Positions 13,000-24,459 of a DNA stretch of 64,000 nt are shown in pieces (position 1 is the stretch's first letter; every line of letters starts with the position of its first letter). Source of the stretch: Lytechinus pictus (taxonomy: Eukaryota); contig NC_087255.1 in assembly GCF_037042905.1 (NCBI RefSeq), positions 9,796,001-9,860,000 of the forward strand, given 5' to 3'. Below the pieces are notes generated by a model. That model saw nothing but the letters and a program-made list of their open reading frames with translations, was not told the DNA's origin and ran no database searches. Position numbers and translations under genes: made by a program.

Positions 13000-14220
13000 A
13001 AAACAGGAACAAGCGATTATCGTACATTGGTGGAAGAAAAAGTTAATTTTTAAGCAGGGTTAATTAGATATATATGAATCCTTCCACCTTGAAACGTACT
13101 ACAAGTATTTCTTAGATCGTTTATAAGACAGTTTATGGCTCAATATTTCGCACATTTACACCTTCATTTCGTGTCGGAGCAGAAATAAACAAACAAGCTA
13201 TAATCGTTCATTGTTGGAAAATACCGTAGATTATTGCAAAAGGCAGTCAGATGCTTTCCGCCTCATAACTATTTAGAAATCTGCTACCCGTTTTATCTAT
13301 TAACATTCCAAATATTTTGCTTCATTTCATGTCGGGTCGGATTCAAGAACAAGCTATCATCGTACATTGTTCGAAGAATAGAATAGTTATTTTATTTCCG
13401 CGTTAAATAATCTAGGACCCGTGTTATCTGTCAATATTCCAATATATTTTGTTTTATTAAATGTCTGGTCGAATTCAAGAGCAAGCGATTATCGTACATC
13501 GTTCAAAGAAATACGTAATTATTTCGCAAGTTTAATTATATGAATACGAATCTTTCCACCTACAAACGGACCAGAATTATTTCTAAACCATTTAAGACAC
13601 TTTTAGCTCAACATTTCATTCTTTTATACCTTCACTTCGTGCCCGAGCGGAAACAAACACACAGGCGATAATCGTACAATGTTGGAAAATACCATAAATT
13701 ATTACGAAAGGTAATTAGATTCTTCCCGCCTTAAAACTATTTAAAAGTATATTTAGAATAATCTACGACCCGTGTTATCAATTAACATTCCATGTATTTT
13801 GTTTTATTAAATGTCTGGTCGAATTCAAGAACAAGCGATTATCGTACATTGTTCGAAGAAATACGTAATTAATTCGCAAGTTTAATTACATGAATACGAA
13901 TCTTTCCACATTGAAACGTACCAGAAATATTTTTTAAAGTTTTTAAGACACTTGTTAGCTCAATATTTCATTATTTAATACTTTCATTTCGTGCCAAAAC
14001 GGACCCAAACAAACACGCAAGCGATAATTTTACATTGCTAGAAGATTCTATGCCCTATTTCATGTCGGGTCGGATTAAAAACAAGTGATGATTGTACTTT
14101 TTTTAGAAGAAATAGATAATTATTACGCAAGGGAATTAATATAAAACTCATATCAATATGAATCTTTCCACCTCGAAACGTACAAGAAGTATTTTGCTAA
14201 AAATCTAAGTCTTTTTAGCT
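13000..14220. repeat. Degenerate subterminal tandem repeats of the TIR element
   Basis: Recurring acaagcgattatcgtacatt and ttcatgtcgggtcgga motifs; ~350-bp higher-order duplication (13415 vs 13767). Confidence 0.75.
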
Positions 14221-16023
14221 CAATATTTCATAGTTTAATACCTCCATTTCGTGTCGGGCGGACAAGAAAAATCGCCGCATCGGTCGCGCACATTTCACCA
14301 ACGGAAATATAAAAAAGCACATCATTTGAGTACGAGTATTCGCTTGCAAGTTGGCCGCGTGCAAGCTGCGAGAAGCGGCGAGAAGCTGCAAGGATAAAAT
14401 CTAGGATTAACGATTCTTGTTAATCTGCTTTAATCTGAGCAGCGCGCTGCCGCTAGCTGCGTCTAGCGGGGAGATACATCCTGTTCACTAATTACCGCAG
14501 CGGGGGTGTGCTCGCCGGGTGCACGCTGCCAATACAATATGGATGCTTTCCCTAAGTTAGTGATGTAGATCTACTAGAGCTAACGTTAGATCTAACTTAG
14601 AATCTACCGTACTTAAAGTTCCACTTCATTACCCACTCATATTCGTAACTAGACCGTGTAGACCTAACAGTTAGGCTTGGTCCTAGTCTGCGTGGAGTGT
14701 AGGCCTAGACCTCTAGATCTAGGGTCAATCCTTTTTTTATTTGATAGAGTCTATGATTCTAAATTAGATCTAGATAAGTTAGAATATAATGATAAAAACA
14801 ATTTCATATACTGCAAATCTAGTCTTGCATTTCAGATCACAAACATTATTAAGTTATCTAGAATCTAGATCTAGAGTTCTAACTTACATGTGCAACAGTT
14901 AGGTCTATACAGCTCTAGTGTAACTGTCAATACATGTGTGACAATCTTCAAGTTGTGCATGCCATGGCAACTTTGTTGTCAGCGACATGAACGATTCGTC
15001 ATGCAGTGGGTTTCCGTGCAGTGCTACATGATAAATTAATTTTCATGCATGACAAAATATTTGTCATGCATTACGAATTAATTTCCATGCATGCCAAACT
15101 GATTTCTTAGCATGACGAATCAAAATGAAAATTCGTCAAATAAGACCACTTTTCATTACGAATTTAAAATTTGTCAAATTACAAATCTTTTCCCATAAAT
15201 AATTGACGAATTCAATTTGTCAAGGAATTCTGCTTGCATGACAAATTTATTTGACGAATTCAAAGTTTGACAAATGAGACCATGTTTTGACGATTTTTTT
15301 GTCAATTGGCTAGGTATTTTTTTAAAGTGTAACCATGAGAAAACTCTGCCCTCCACGAACATAAAGGTCTTTTCCCACATTATTTAGGGTGCAACCTTTA
15401 TAAAGAGTGATTTGTATGGACAAGGCTAAGTCAGCATTCAGAATCTATTGTTTGGTTTTATATAAAGTAATGCTTTCTTTAAACACTTTACAATGCAATG
15501 CACACATATGTGTGCATATGACCATAAATCTAAAATGTACTCTGTGTGTATTACAACTGTGAATGAAATGAAACTTGAGTCTTAGTTGGAAGCCCATACT
15601 ATCTTACTCTAGTTCCGAATACACATTTTCTGTATACTCTAACTGTAGAAGTAAAAAAAAATCCGGATTTCCGTTTTCAAAAGATATGCTCTATATCGAA
15701 TACATATTAACATCCGATAAAAGGAAACACTAGAAAGACTGAACTGCAAGTTCTCAGTTGAGAAATTTTAAATTTGAATCTATTCATGAGTGAGGTGTCG
15801 CATATATATACGCAATGTGTGTACTGTGATCTTTGAAGAACAGGAAGTTCACGCATTATTATTGCGGAGTATCATTTGTCCTTTAGTCCAACAATTTTTG
15901 TTTTAAATGGCAGCCCTTCATACTCTAAAGGTGTTAATATATTGCGTGTCATCTTTATTTTGTTTCCCGATATCAATACAAGGTACGTTGCTTGAGTTCT
16001 CATTGATTTAAACGTTCATATAT

Positions 16024-16055
<32 letters not shown>

Positions 16056-16684
16056 TCCATGTATACCTACAATGGAAAAAGAAGACAGATACGGCTTGAG
16101 AAAAATATACTCTCATTTTGCCTTATTTGCCTTATAATATCTTAATATTACGGTTGTTATCATTTGCCTTCTGATGGAACTGCTTATTTATCTTCCATGT
16201 GATGGTTTAATCTTATATTCTGGAGTGATTTTTGTGGATTCTTCAATGTGCTGTGGTTGAGAAATTCGGAACGCCACGGACGTCCGAGATCGTAGTCCCA
16301 TACATACACTACAGTGCCTATAGTTATGTGAACATAATACTGGTGAGAATAGATGTGATACACTGACTGAACCGTCGTTATAGATTCATTTATTTGTATA
16401 CAGTGACATTTTATCAAGCCTATTAGATATTGTGACAGTGTTATCAAGTCTATCAGTGATTACATTCCAACTTGGTGTCGATTTTCTATACAATGACGCT
16501 AAAATCAAATACTCATACCGGAGCCCCGGGTTCGGGAGATTTCAGATATAAATTACCCAAATATATGACTACATCTGCGTTACGATTAGCTGTACATCAT
16601 TTGCATTATTCTTATGAACATAATATAGAGTAGAAAGATAAGAAAGCACGAATTGACTATGTGACAGATCTGATGTGTCATATA

Positions 16685-16850
16685 TTACCCCATCTTGATT
16701 GTAAGATATGTGAACATTTCGTCACCATGCATGAACAAGGCAAATATGGCGACCATGACCAGAGAGATCTACGTGATCATGATGATCAAGACGAAGTAAT
16801 CCTCCATGAGATCGAGCGTATAGTACGGGAGCCAGCAGGGGTCAGCATAG
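16685..16850 (-). pseudogene. Possible orphan terminal exon of a membrane protein, with one in-frame stop
   Basis: Minus-strand acceptor ttttcag, then YADPCWLPYYTLDLMEDYFVLIIMIT*ISLVMVAIFALFMHGDEMFTYLTIKMG*; coding-like composition; product unrecognised. Confidence 0.3.
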
Positions 16851-19335
16851 CTGAAAAAGTAGACATTTTTCATGTTAATGACGTGATTCCCCATATCACA
16901 CAATGCAATGAATGGGGCGTCTGCCGTGTCCTAAGTGGTGGGTGTGGCCGTAGGGGCCCTAAAAATGAGGCCCCAAAATTGAGCTAGCTCAGCTGGAAAG
17001 GTAACCACCTGAAACCAACAGGAAAATGTTTGGCATAGCTCACTTGTACATGAATGACACTTAACTGACACTTTAAGTGGTGGGGCGCCCCCGGCAGACG
17101 CCCTCAAAACCCCAACCCCTCAAATTGAGCTAGATCAGCTGGAAAGGTAAACACTTGAAACCAACGGGAAAATGTTCGGAACAGTTTACTTGTACATGAA
17201 TGACACTGAACTGACACTTTAAGTGGTGGGGCACCACCGGCAGATGCCCCCAAAATCCTGACCCCCCCCCCCCTATTATTGAGCTAGATCAGCTGGCAAG
17301 GTAACCAACTGAAACCAACAGGAAATATTTTGAATAGTTCACTTTTACATGAATGACACTTAACTGTAACACTTTAAGTAGTGGGGCACCCCCCCCCCCA
17401 GGCAGATGCCCCCAATTGGGGCGCCCAAATTGGGCTAGATCAGCTGGAATGAAATTCTTACTTTTCCTATCCTTTTCTTTTTGTTCTTATTTGTAGAACT
17501 CTTCCATCTGTGTGCTAGTGATATGCGGGTGGGGTCCGGGGCGAACCCTTATACCTCTTTATATTAAGCCATTTTAAACCTTATAGAACAAATCCCAGGT
17601 ATACAATTTACACAACACATTACTTCAATGCAGTTGCGTAATAAACCAAATATTTTAAGGTGGCACATATATAGCAAATGTGGGAAATTGTTGCCAGCTA
17701 GAAAAGCGAGCCAGAAAAAAAAAGTGGTTTATTGGAATAAAATTCTAATTATGCGATAGTTTTTTACATTATATATCATAATTATTTATTATATATCATA
17801 ATTATTTTATTTCCCCAAATTAATTTCCTGTCCTTGTCATCTTTATTTTCTTCCCCCTTGGCTGTGGAACCAAGCCCCCTACCCCATATACACCAGTGCT
17901 TCAACATAAAGCTCAATGCAGGAAGGTCCATACAGGGGCCCCGTTATAGGGCCCTTTGTTACAGATGAAGAGCCCCTGCTGCATGAGGTTTGGGGCAAAG
18001 TCCTTGGTAGCTTTTGAGATTGTAGACATTAATAAGCTTTTTACGGTAACTCTTGCCTGCGTAAAGCTTAACTTAATAGGTAGGGATATATAACATACAT
18101 AGGAGGATGTGTCTAGACCTTGGCCTAGGACTTTGTTTGTCCTGGTTGCGACCATTACTGCATTAAATTGATCAAGTTAATAATAGACTTCATACAAAAT
18201 GTTATATGGCATATATTTTTCTTTCCGTTCTTTGTTTCTAATCCTCAGCAGACCCGTCATGTTTTTAAGTTCTCTTTTTTTTTTCTTGTCCCGTTTCTTC
18301 ATTTTCAAATTTAGCTTTTGGCTCATTCCATTTTACCTTCATGTTCCGCTTATTTTTGCCTCTTTCTTTTCCTTTTATGTTCAATTTTGCCATTTATTTG
18401 ACTTTTTTTTTACTAGTGTAGCCCCCGGTGTGTTGCCTATTAGTGTTTCACGATGATTTGTTTTTCTCATGAGTTTTTCTTTCCGTTTCCCGAATTCCTT
18501 TCGTTTTCCCTTTTTTTTGTGTTCTTGCTTTCCCTTCTCTCCCCTTCCTCTTTTCCCCTTTTTCTTTCACTTTCCCTCCCTTTTTTCCTCCTTTTCTTTT
18601 TTTCTTCTCCTTTTTCTCTTCCCCTTTTTCCCTGGTGAAATCCGCCGGGGGGGGGGGGGGGCTGTTACGAGACTGGAGAAATTGCCTTGCTAACTACAAA
18701 CAAATTAAGATTTGTGTGTGTCTGTGTGAATGTGTCAACAGTAACATGTGTAATGCAATAACACAACAAGGTTCATGGATTGCTGCTTTTTTTTTTTATC
18801 TTCATGATTTATCATTCTGAAATCGACTGGACTAATTCTTAAGTTCAGATAATCGTTTCATAATTGTATCATTCTATTACGACATTTATGTAAGTCGTAA
18901 GTGAAAAAAGTATATCTTCTGCTTTTTTGTTTTCAGCGACTTCGCTTATCTGATATTGATTCTGAATGTACAGTAGTACATTAAAAAAGAGCTGAACCTC
19001 ATCCACAATATACATGTACCATATAATTTTTGTTATGATCACCAATACGTTCAGGGTATTTTACGGAGAGAAAAAAAAATCACTGATGCCAATAATAACA
19101 AATAATGATAGCGAGTATACACTTGAAAATTTTGTAATCGTGGTAATATGACGAGTCAACTGCCACGGTATTCACAAGTTATCGGTAAATAATTTTTACT
19201 AACCCTAATGATGCAGATTTATCACATTACTTCAAAATTCTCAGGCAAAGTATTGTTGAAATTGATTTTTTTGTCTACCATATGAGGCTGACTAAAATAA
19301 TTAATTTTTATCGAATTGTTGAGTTTACATTTTAA

Positions 19336-20277
19336 GGATGTTCCACAGTTAAAATGAAATCCATGTTAATTTTTACCAAACTTTACACCGAGATAATTTA
19401 TCACCTGAATATTCCAAGTATGCAAAATATAACGTGGGTCCATGCGTATGATTTTTTCTGCTATATATAGAGCTTCAAACTTCACCCAAATAAATGTTTT
19501 TAAGAATTGCGCATTTTAAAAAATGGCATTTTTAGACCTTAAGCGATCAATACAATCAGTTTAAACCTCTATTACTCAGTCAAAATCCATGAAAATTTCA
19601 TCAAATTTTGAAATATAGTTAATAATTGAATGTTCAAGATGGAGAATCTATTTATATTGGTATTTGTTTGCTCTTTTAAATCTAAACAGCACTGTCAGTT
19701 CTTTAAAATTATGCGAAAGATTACAAAAACCCAGTCTGTGAGACCGAGATTTCATCAACAAACTTGAGAAGTACAATAAATGCTGCACTTTATTCAAAAC
19801 CCGTGTCATTTTCACCAAACTTTGCATTTGTAGAGGAAATCATACCTAAGAGGTGCAAACATTAAAAAATAGGGGTTAATGTGCTTCTTTTCAAACTCAG
19901 CACTTTTATTAGAGCAAATGTTTTTTTGTTTTTTTAACTACAAAAACGCGCCAAATGCTTTGTATCTGTGTGAGTACAAATTTGAAACCACTCTACCATT
20001 TATTCAAACTCGAGGTAATATTCATTATACTTTACAGCACTACAGAGTAAAGATTTTTTGAATTTGTATAACTATTTTTAGGAATTGGTCTATGGAATAA
20101 TTCCAGTTTATTAGCTTCATAAAATAAAACATTGGATCTGCAGTTAGAGTGCATAATGAGCAAAATCAGCTCATACCTACAGCTGATTAATCACCTGTCC
20201 ATCAATTGTGACGTCAGCGCGCAGAGTGTACAATATGCGCAGATCATGATGCGCACAAACATAACTGTGGAACGTCA
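19336..20277. mobile_element. Kolobok-like MITE
   Basis: ttaa|ggatgttccacagtta ... taactgtggaacgtca|ttaa: TTAA TSD and 16-bp imperfect TIR. Confidence 0.75.
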
Positions 20278-20976
20278 TTAAATTGTATTTACATAACAAC
20301 ATGTTTTGATCTGTATATTGGAATGCATTTAAGCGTTCAGAAAATTAGATATGTTCCTACTGCTTTTTAATATTTTGTAATGTTTTATCAGAAAAATTAA
20401 ATGATGTTTGACTTCTTACTTCTTTCTGCTTTATTCGCATTCATTTTTGTCTGCATTGAAGCAATCGACACATGACTTTGGAGGTGTGAAGGTTATTTTT
20501 TATTATTTTTCTGGTTTACTCTTATGTTCCGTTTCTCTTTTTCAATTCGTAATCTCTTTCTCATTCTTACCCTTCCCATTCCCTTCCCTTTCGTAGTCCT
20601 CTTTTAACTTATAATTTTTTTTAATTCTAATTCATACTCATTCATTGAATTATCAAGTTATGATAAAATGAATATGTATTCATTCATTTTTCATAAAACG
20701 TTTGAGCAAGTAGCATAGGTGTCCTCGTATTTGATAGTGGAGATGAGTACATGATGGGAAACATGGAATGTATAAAATGAAATTGAAAAAAAGTGTAACA
20801 TCAGTTTCAGTCTCAATCTTCTACCCCCAGCTCCTATACAGCTGATGTATAATATTTTCTGATTGGTTTCGTGTTGTTAATAAACTTTCCAGCTGATCTA
20901 GCTCAATCTCAGGGGGGGGGGGTGGTGGGATTTGGGGGCATCTCCCGGGCTCCCCACCACTCAAAGTGGCAGTTAA

Positions 20977-21568
20977 AGGGATGCTCCGTGCTGAAAATAT
21001 TTATATAAATAGAAATAATTCACAGAGCACAATGCTGAAAATTTCAACAAAATCAGATAACAAATAACTAAGATATTGAATTTTTAAGTTAAGCAATATT
21101 TTGTGAAAATAGTTATATGCAAACCATCATGAATATTCATTAGGTGGGCTGATGATGTCACGTCCCCACTTTCCTTTTTCTTATGTTATTACATGAAATC
21201 TGAATTGTTTCATTTTTTTATGACACATGTATGTCTCCTTTATAATGAAATGAGTTGCAGCAATAAATATAAAATGCCTCAAATCAGTTGTCAATCTAAT
21301 TTTTTTCAGTTCTTGGTAGAAAAAATTTAATAAACCTAATTTCATATAATAACATACAAAAGAACAAGTGGGGATATGATATCATCAATTTACTCATTTA
21401 ATATTCATGAACACATGCCTAGAACTGTTTTACCGGAATAATGCAAATCTTTAAAATGCCATTCGTTTTTATTCCTTGTCAGATTTTGATCAAATTTTCA
21501 TTGTTTTGCTTGTTTGATTTTTTCTTTATCTGTTTAAATCATATTGTTTTTTTAGCCTGGAGCATCAC
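20977..21568. mobile_element. Kolobok-like MITE inserted in a foldback subrepeat
   Basis: ttaa|agggatgctccgtgctgaaaa ... ttttagcctggagcatcac|ttaa; flanks rejoin to the repeat consensus cagttaagtgtcattcatg. Confidence 0.78.
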
Positions 21569-21732
21569 TTAAGGTGTCATTCATGAAACAGTGAACTATG
21601 TCAAACGTTTTCCTGGTAGTTTCATGTGGGTACCTTAGCTTGCCAGCTGATCTAGCTCAACATTGTGGGGGGTCAGGATTTTTGGGAGCATCTGCCGGGG
21701 GTGCCCCACCACTTAAAGTGTCAGTTAAGTGA

Positions 21733-22460
21733 CAAAAAATTCTTTTGTCTTTTCTGGTCCCGTATATTGGAATTCCTTGCCCAACGCCTTTAAGGAATCC
21801 CCAAGCATCACAGTTTTTAAACATAACCTTAAAAAGATGCTTATTAGCCAATACTTTACACAAACAAGTCAATCTACCATATAACCAAAACTATACACAA
21901 CAAAAACTTTTTTTTTTTAAACCTCCCAGGATACAACTTGCCTGCCGACCTTTTCCCGCACCTGCCATGCTCCTCTTTGCACCTCCAATTGTACCTGCAC
22001 CCCCCCCCCCCCTCTCTCCCTACATTTGCTTCTCAGTTCCTCCCTCATTATCACAATTATTGTAACCATACTGTTATTATTTTTTTATTATTATTATTAC
22101 TATTATCACTTATTCTAATTTGTGTTACTCTTTCGTTGTTACCTTTGATATTTTGTATAGCCTCCTTTTCCCTCCTTTTAAACTGTCTCCCGTCTCTCCT
22201 TTATATTATAATTTTGTAATATACGTACTGAAACTAAGTTACGGGGGCTTGCCTCTCATACAAGCTTTGCTTTTCTTGGCAAGCCCCTCCGTTCTGTTTT
22301 ATATAGTCATTATAGTCAAAGTTACTTTAGTTAGCATTAGTTCTCATTGTTTATACCTTACTCCGATGTTGTACTTCAAATTTGACTATGTATTGTTTGA
22401 TTTTGTTGTGCTTTGTGAACGGAAAATGAATAAATCTAAATCTAAATCTAAATCTAAAAA
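21733..22460 (+). mobile_element. 5'-truncated CR1/L2-group LINE (3' end)
   Basis: SFSGPVYWNSLPNAFKESPSITVFKHNLKKMLISQY ORF2 C-terminal motif, pyrimidine-rich 3' UTR, (TCTAAA)n tail; no TSD, flanks rejoin to the host repeat. Confidence 0.8.
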
Positions 22461-22689
22461 TCATTCATGTACAAGTGAACCATGCCGAACATTTTCCTGT
22501 TGATTTCAAGTGGTTACCTTGCCAGCTAATCTAGCTCAATATCGGGGGGGGGGGGGGGGGGGGGTCGGAATTTGAGGGGCGTCTGCCGGGGGCGTCCCAC
22601 CACTTAAAGTGTCAGTTAAGTGTCATTCATGTACAAGTAAACTATGCCGAACATTATCCTGTTGGTTTCAAGGGGGCTGACCCCTCCTG

Positions 22690-23520
22690 GCTCCTGCTCT
22701 AGTACCGAGGAAAAATCAAAACATGAAGAATGCAAAATCTGCTCTTCAATAGGATCTAATCTCATTTCTCTCCAGCAGCAAATAAAGACATTATTGATCA
22801 CAGTGAATAACCTTATCACATCTAATGACTCTAATCTTGTTCGTGATGTAAACAAAGAGGACAATGGCCAATCAGGAAATTATATTGATGATCAACTAAA
22901 GGCTTACAGAGAAAAGCACCGTGCAATCCACGAAAGTTCTTATAGGCCCAAAAGCAAGAACGATGTGAAAGCAGAAATTCTCATTATCAGCGATTCCATG
23001 ACAAGAGGATTAGTTCCAGCCCGATTGTCAAAACGTCGTATTGCATGTAAGACCCTCCCAGGCGCTAAGCTTGAAGATGCGTATGACAGAGTGTGTGACT
23101 CCGTTCAAATGAGTAAACCTGCTCAGGTTATTTTTCACCTTGGAACAAACAATGTCATGATCGATGACTCCAGTGAAATTGTTGCCAAACACACCTCACT
23201 GATTGAAGAATTGAAGAAATGCCACGGTTTCGAGTTTGTCACTATTTCATCAATCATTTTATCGGCGCAACGAGAGCTCGGAAACTCGAAAGAAGGTTGA
23301 TGACGTCAACGAGTCGCTGAAACTATTAGCCAATCAGAACAATTGGTCATACATCGACAATGGGAACATCGACTCGACACTCCTGACGAGAGATGGCGTA
23401 CATCTGAATAAAAGCGGAGCGCGGTTATTAGCCGTGAACATCATCCGACATATGCGAGGCATCATGCCTGGCGAGACATACACCGGGACGCACCCCGCCT
23501 CTCTGAATCTAAGGACTTCA
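22690..23520 (+). pseudogene. LINE ORF1 (coiled-coil-like region plus SGNH/GDSL esterase), frameshifted
   Basis: ORFs 22644-23300 and 23236-23568 together carry SGNH blocks I, II, III and V. Confidence 0.82.
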
Positions 23521-23543
23521 GTTCAGAATCATTTGAACAAACT

Positions 23544-24459
23544 TTGTCACAATTGCCTTTTTATTTAGTATTTGATATAAAGGATGTGAATTATGCATTG
23601 GAATTATGGTATAATATGTTTATGAATGCAGTAAACGATCATGCCCCGTTTAAGAAAAAACACATTCGCAATAATCCATGTCCATGGGTCACAGGAGACC
23701 TAATTTCTTTAATGAATACTCGTGACCTTTTGCACAAGAAAGCCACAACTTTGAACAGTCAAGTGATATGGACTGCATATAGGCGTCTGCGAAATTTTAT
23801 TACTCATAAAATCAAGGAAGCAAAAAGCGAGTTTTTACAGTTACAGATAAACAATAACGCTGGAAACTCTGGCGCAATCTGGACAGTTCTTAAAAGCATT
23901 TGTAAAAATAATAAGAATAATAGAACATGCCTTGAAGTAAATCAAAGTATTATATCTGATGCAGATGAAGTCGCCAGATACTTGAACGATTACTTTATTG
24001 AGTCTGTCGAAAAAAATTGCAAAAGTATCTGAATCTTACTATGATCGCATTCTGTTTAATAGTGACAATTTGGCGCATCATAGGCATGACGTGGATGCAA
24101 CTGATAAAGCACTAGTACATGATAACGATGTTTTTGAGATGCCATCAATTTCTTCTGAATTTGTTATTTCGGAAATAAACAAATTAGGAGTAAAAAAGAG
24201 CACAGGGCATGACATTTTATCTGCAAGACTCTTGAAATATGTATGTTAACTACCAATTTTAATACAGTCACTTGTACACATTTTGAATTTATCAAATGAA
24301 ACGTGTACTTTCCCTGACGCTTAGAAAATTTGCCGTGTTCAACCAATCTTCAAATCGGGCGATAAAAGTAACCCAAGAAACTATAGGCCAATAACAATCT
24401 TGCCTGTTATATCAAAAGTAATAGAAAAGGCAGTCCATTCAGAACTCATGTCCTTTCTA
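23544..24459 (+). pseudogene. LINE ORF2 linker and RT N-terminal fragment
   Basis: NDHAPFKKKHIRNNPCPWVT, KSTGHDILSARLLK, NYRPITILP; frameshifts and stops. Confidence 0.88.

Larger units (their letters stand above)
1911..14549. mobile_element. Large non-autonomous TIR DNA element (superfamily uncertain, possibly PIF/Harbinger-like)
   Basis: 1911-1950 aaagcatccatattgtattggcagcgtgcacccggcgagc is the exact reverse complement of 14510-14549. gctgccgct-type subterminal motifs occur near both ends. Internal degenerate ~180-bp repeats occur in opposite orientations (3450-3960 vs 10130-10330; 10370-10830 vs 13000-14220). No transposase ORF seen. Confidence 0.8.
16913..22672. mobile_element. Foldback-type element with ~120-130-bp subrepeats in inverted arms
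   Basis: Left array 16913-17450 (ttgagctagatcagctggaaaggtaacc...cactttaagtggtggggc). Reverse-complement copies at 20886-20976, 21570-21732 and 22461-22670, interrupted by younger insertions. Confidence 0.7.

Noticed and set aside
16913-17450. CRISPR-like periodic repeats (also 13000-14220 and 30780-31440)
   Set aside because: Eukaryotic context, the intervening sequences are homologous rather than unique spacers, and there are no cas genes.
18199-18693. Phe/Leu/Ser-rich ORFs (also 37326-37658)
   Set aside because: Pyrimidine-rich low-complexity sequence.
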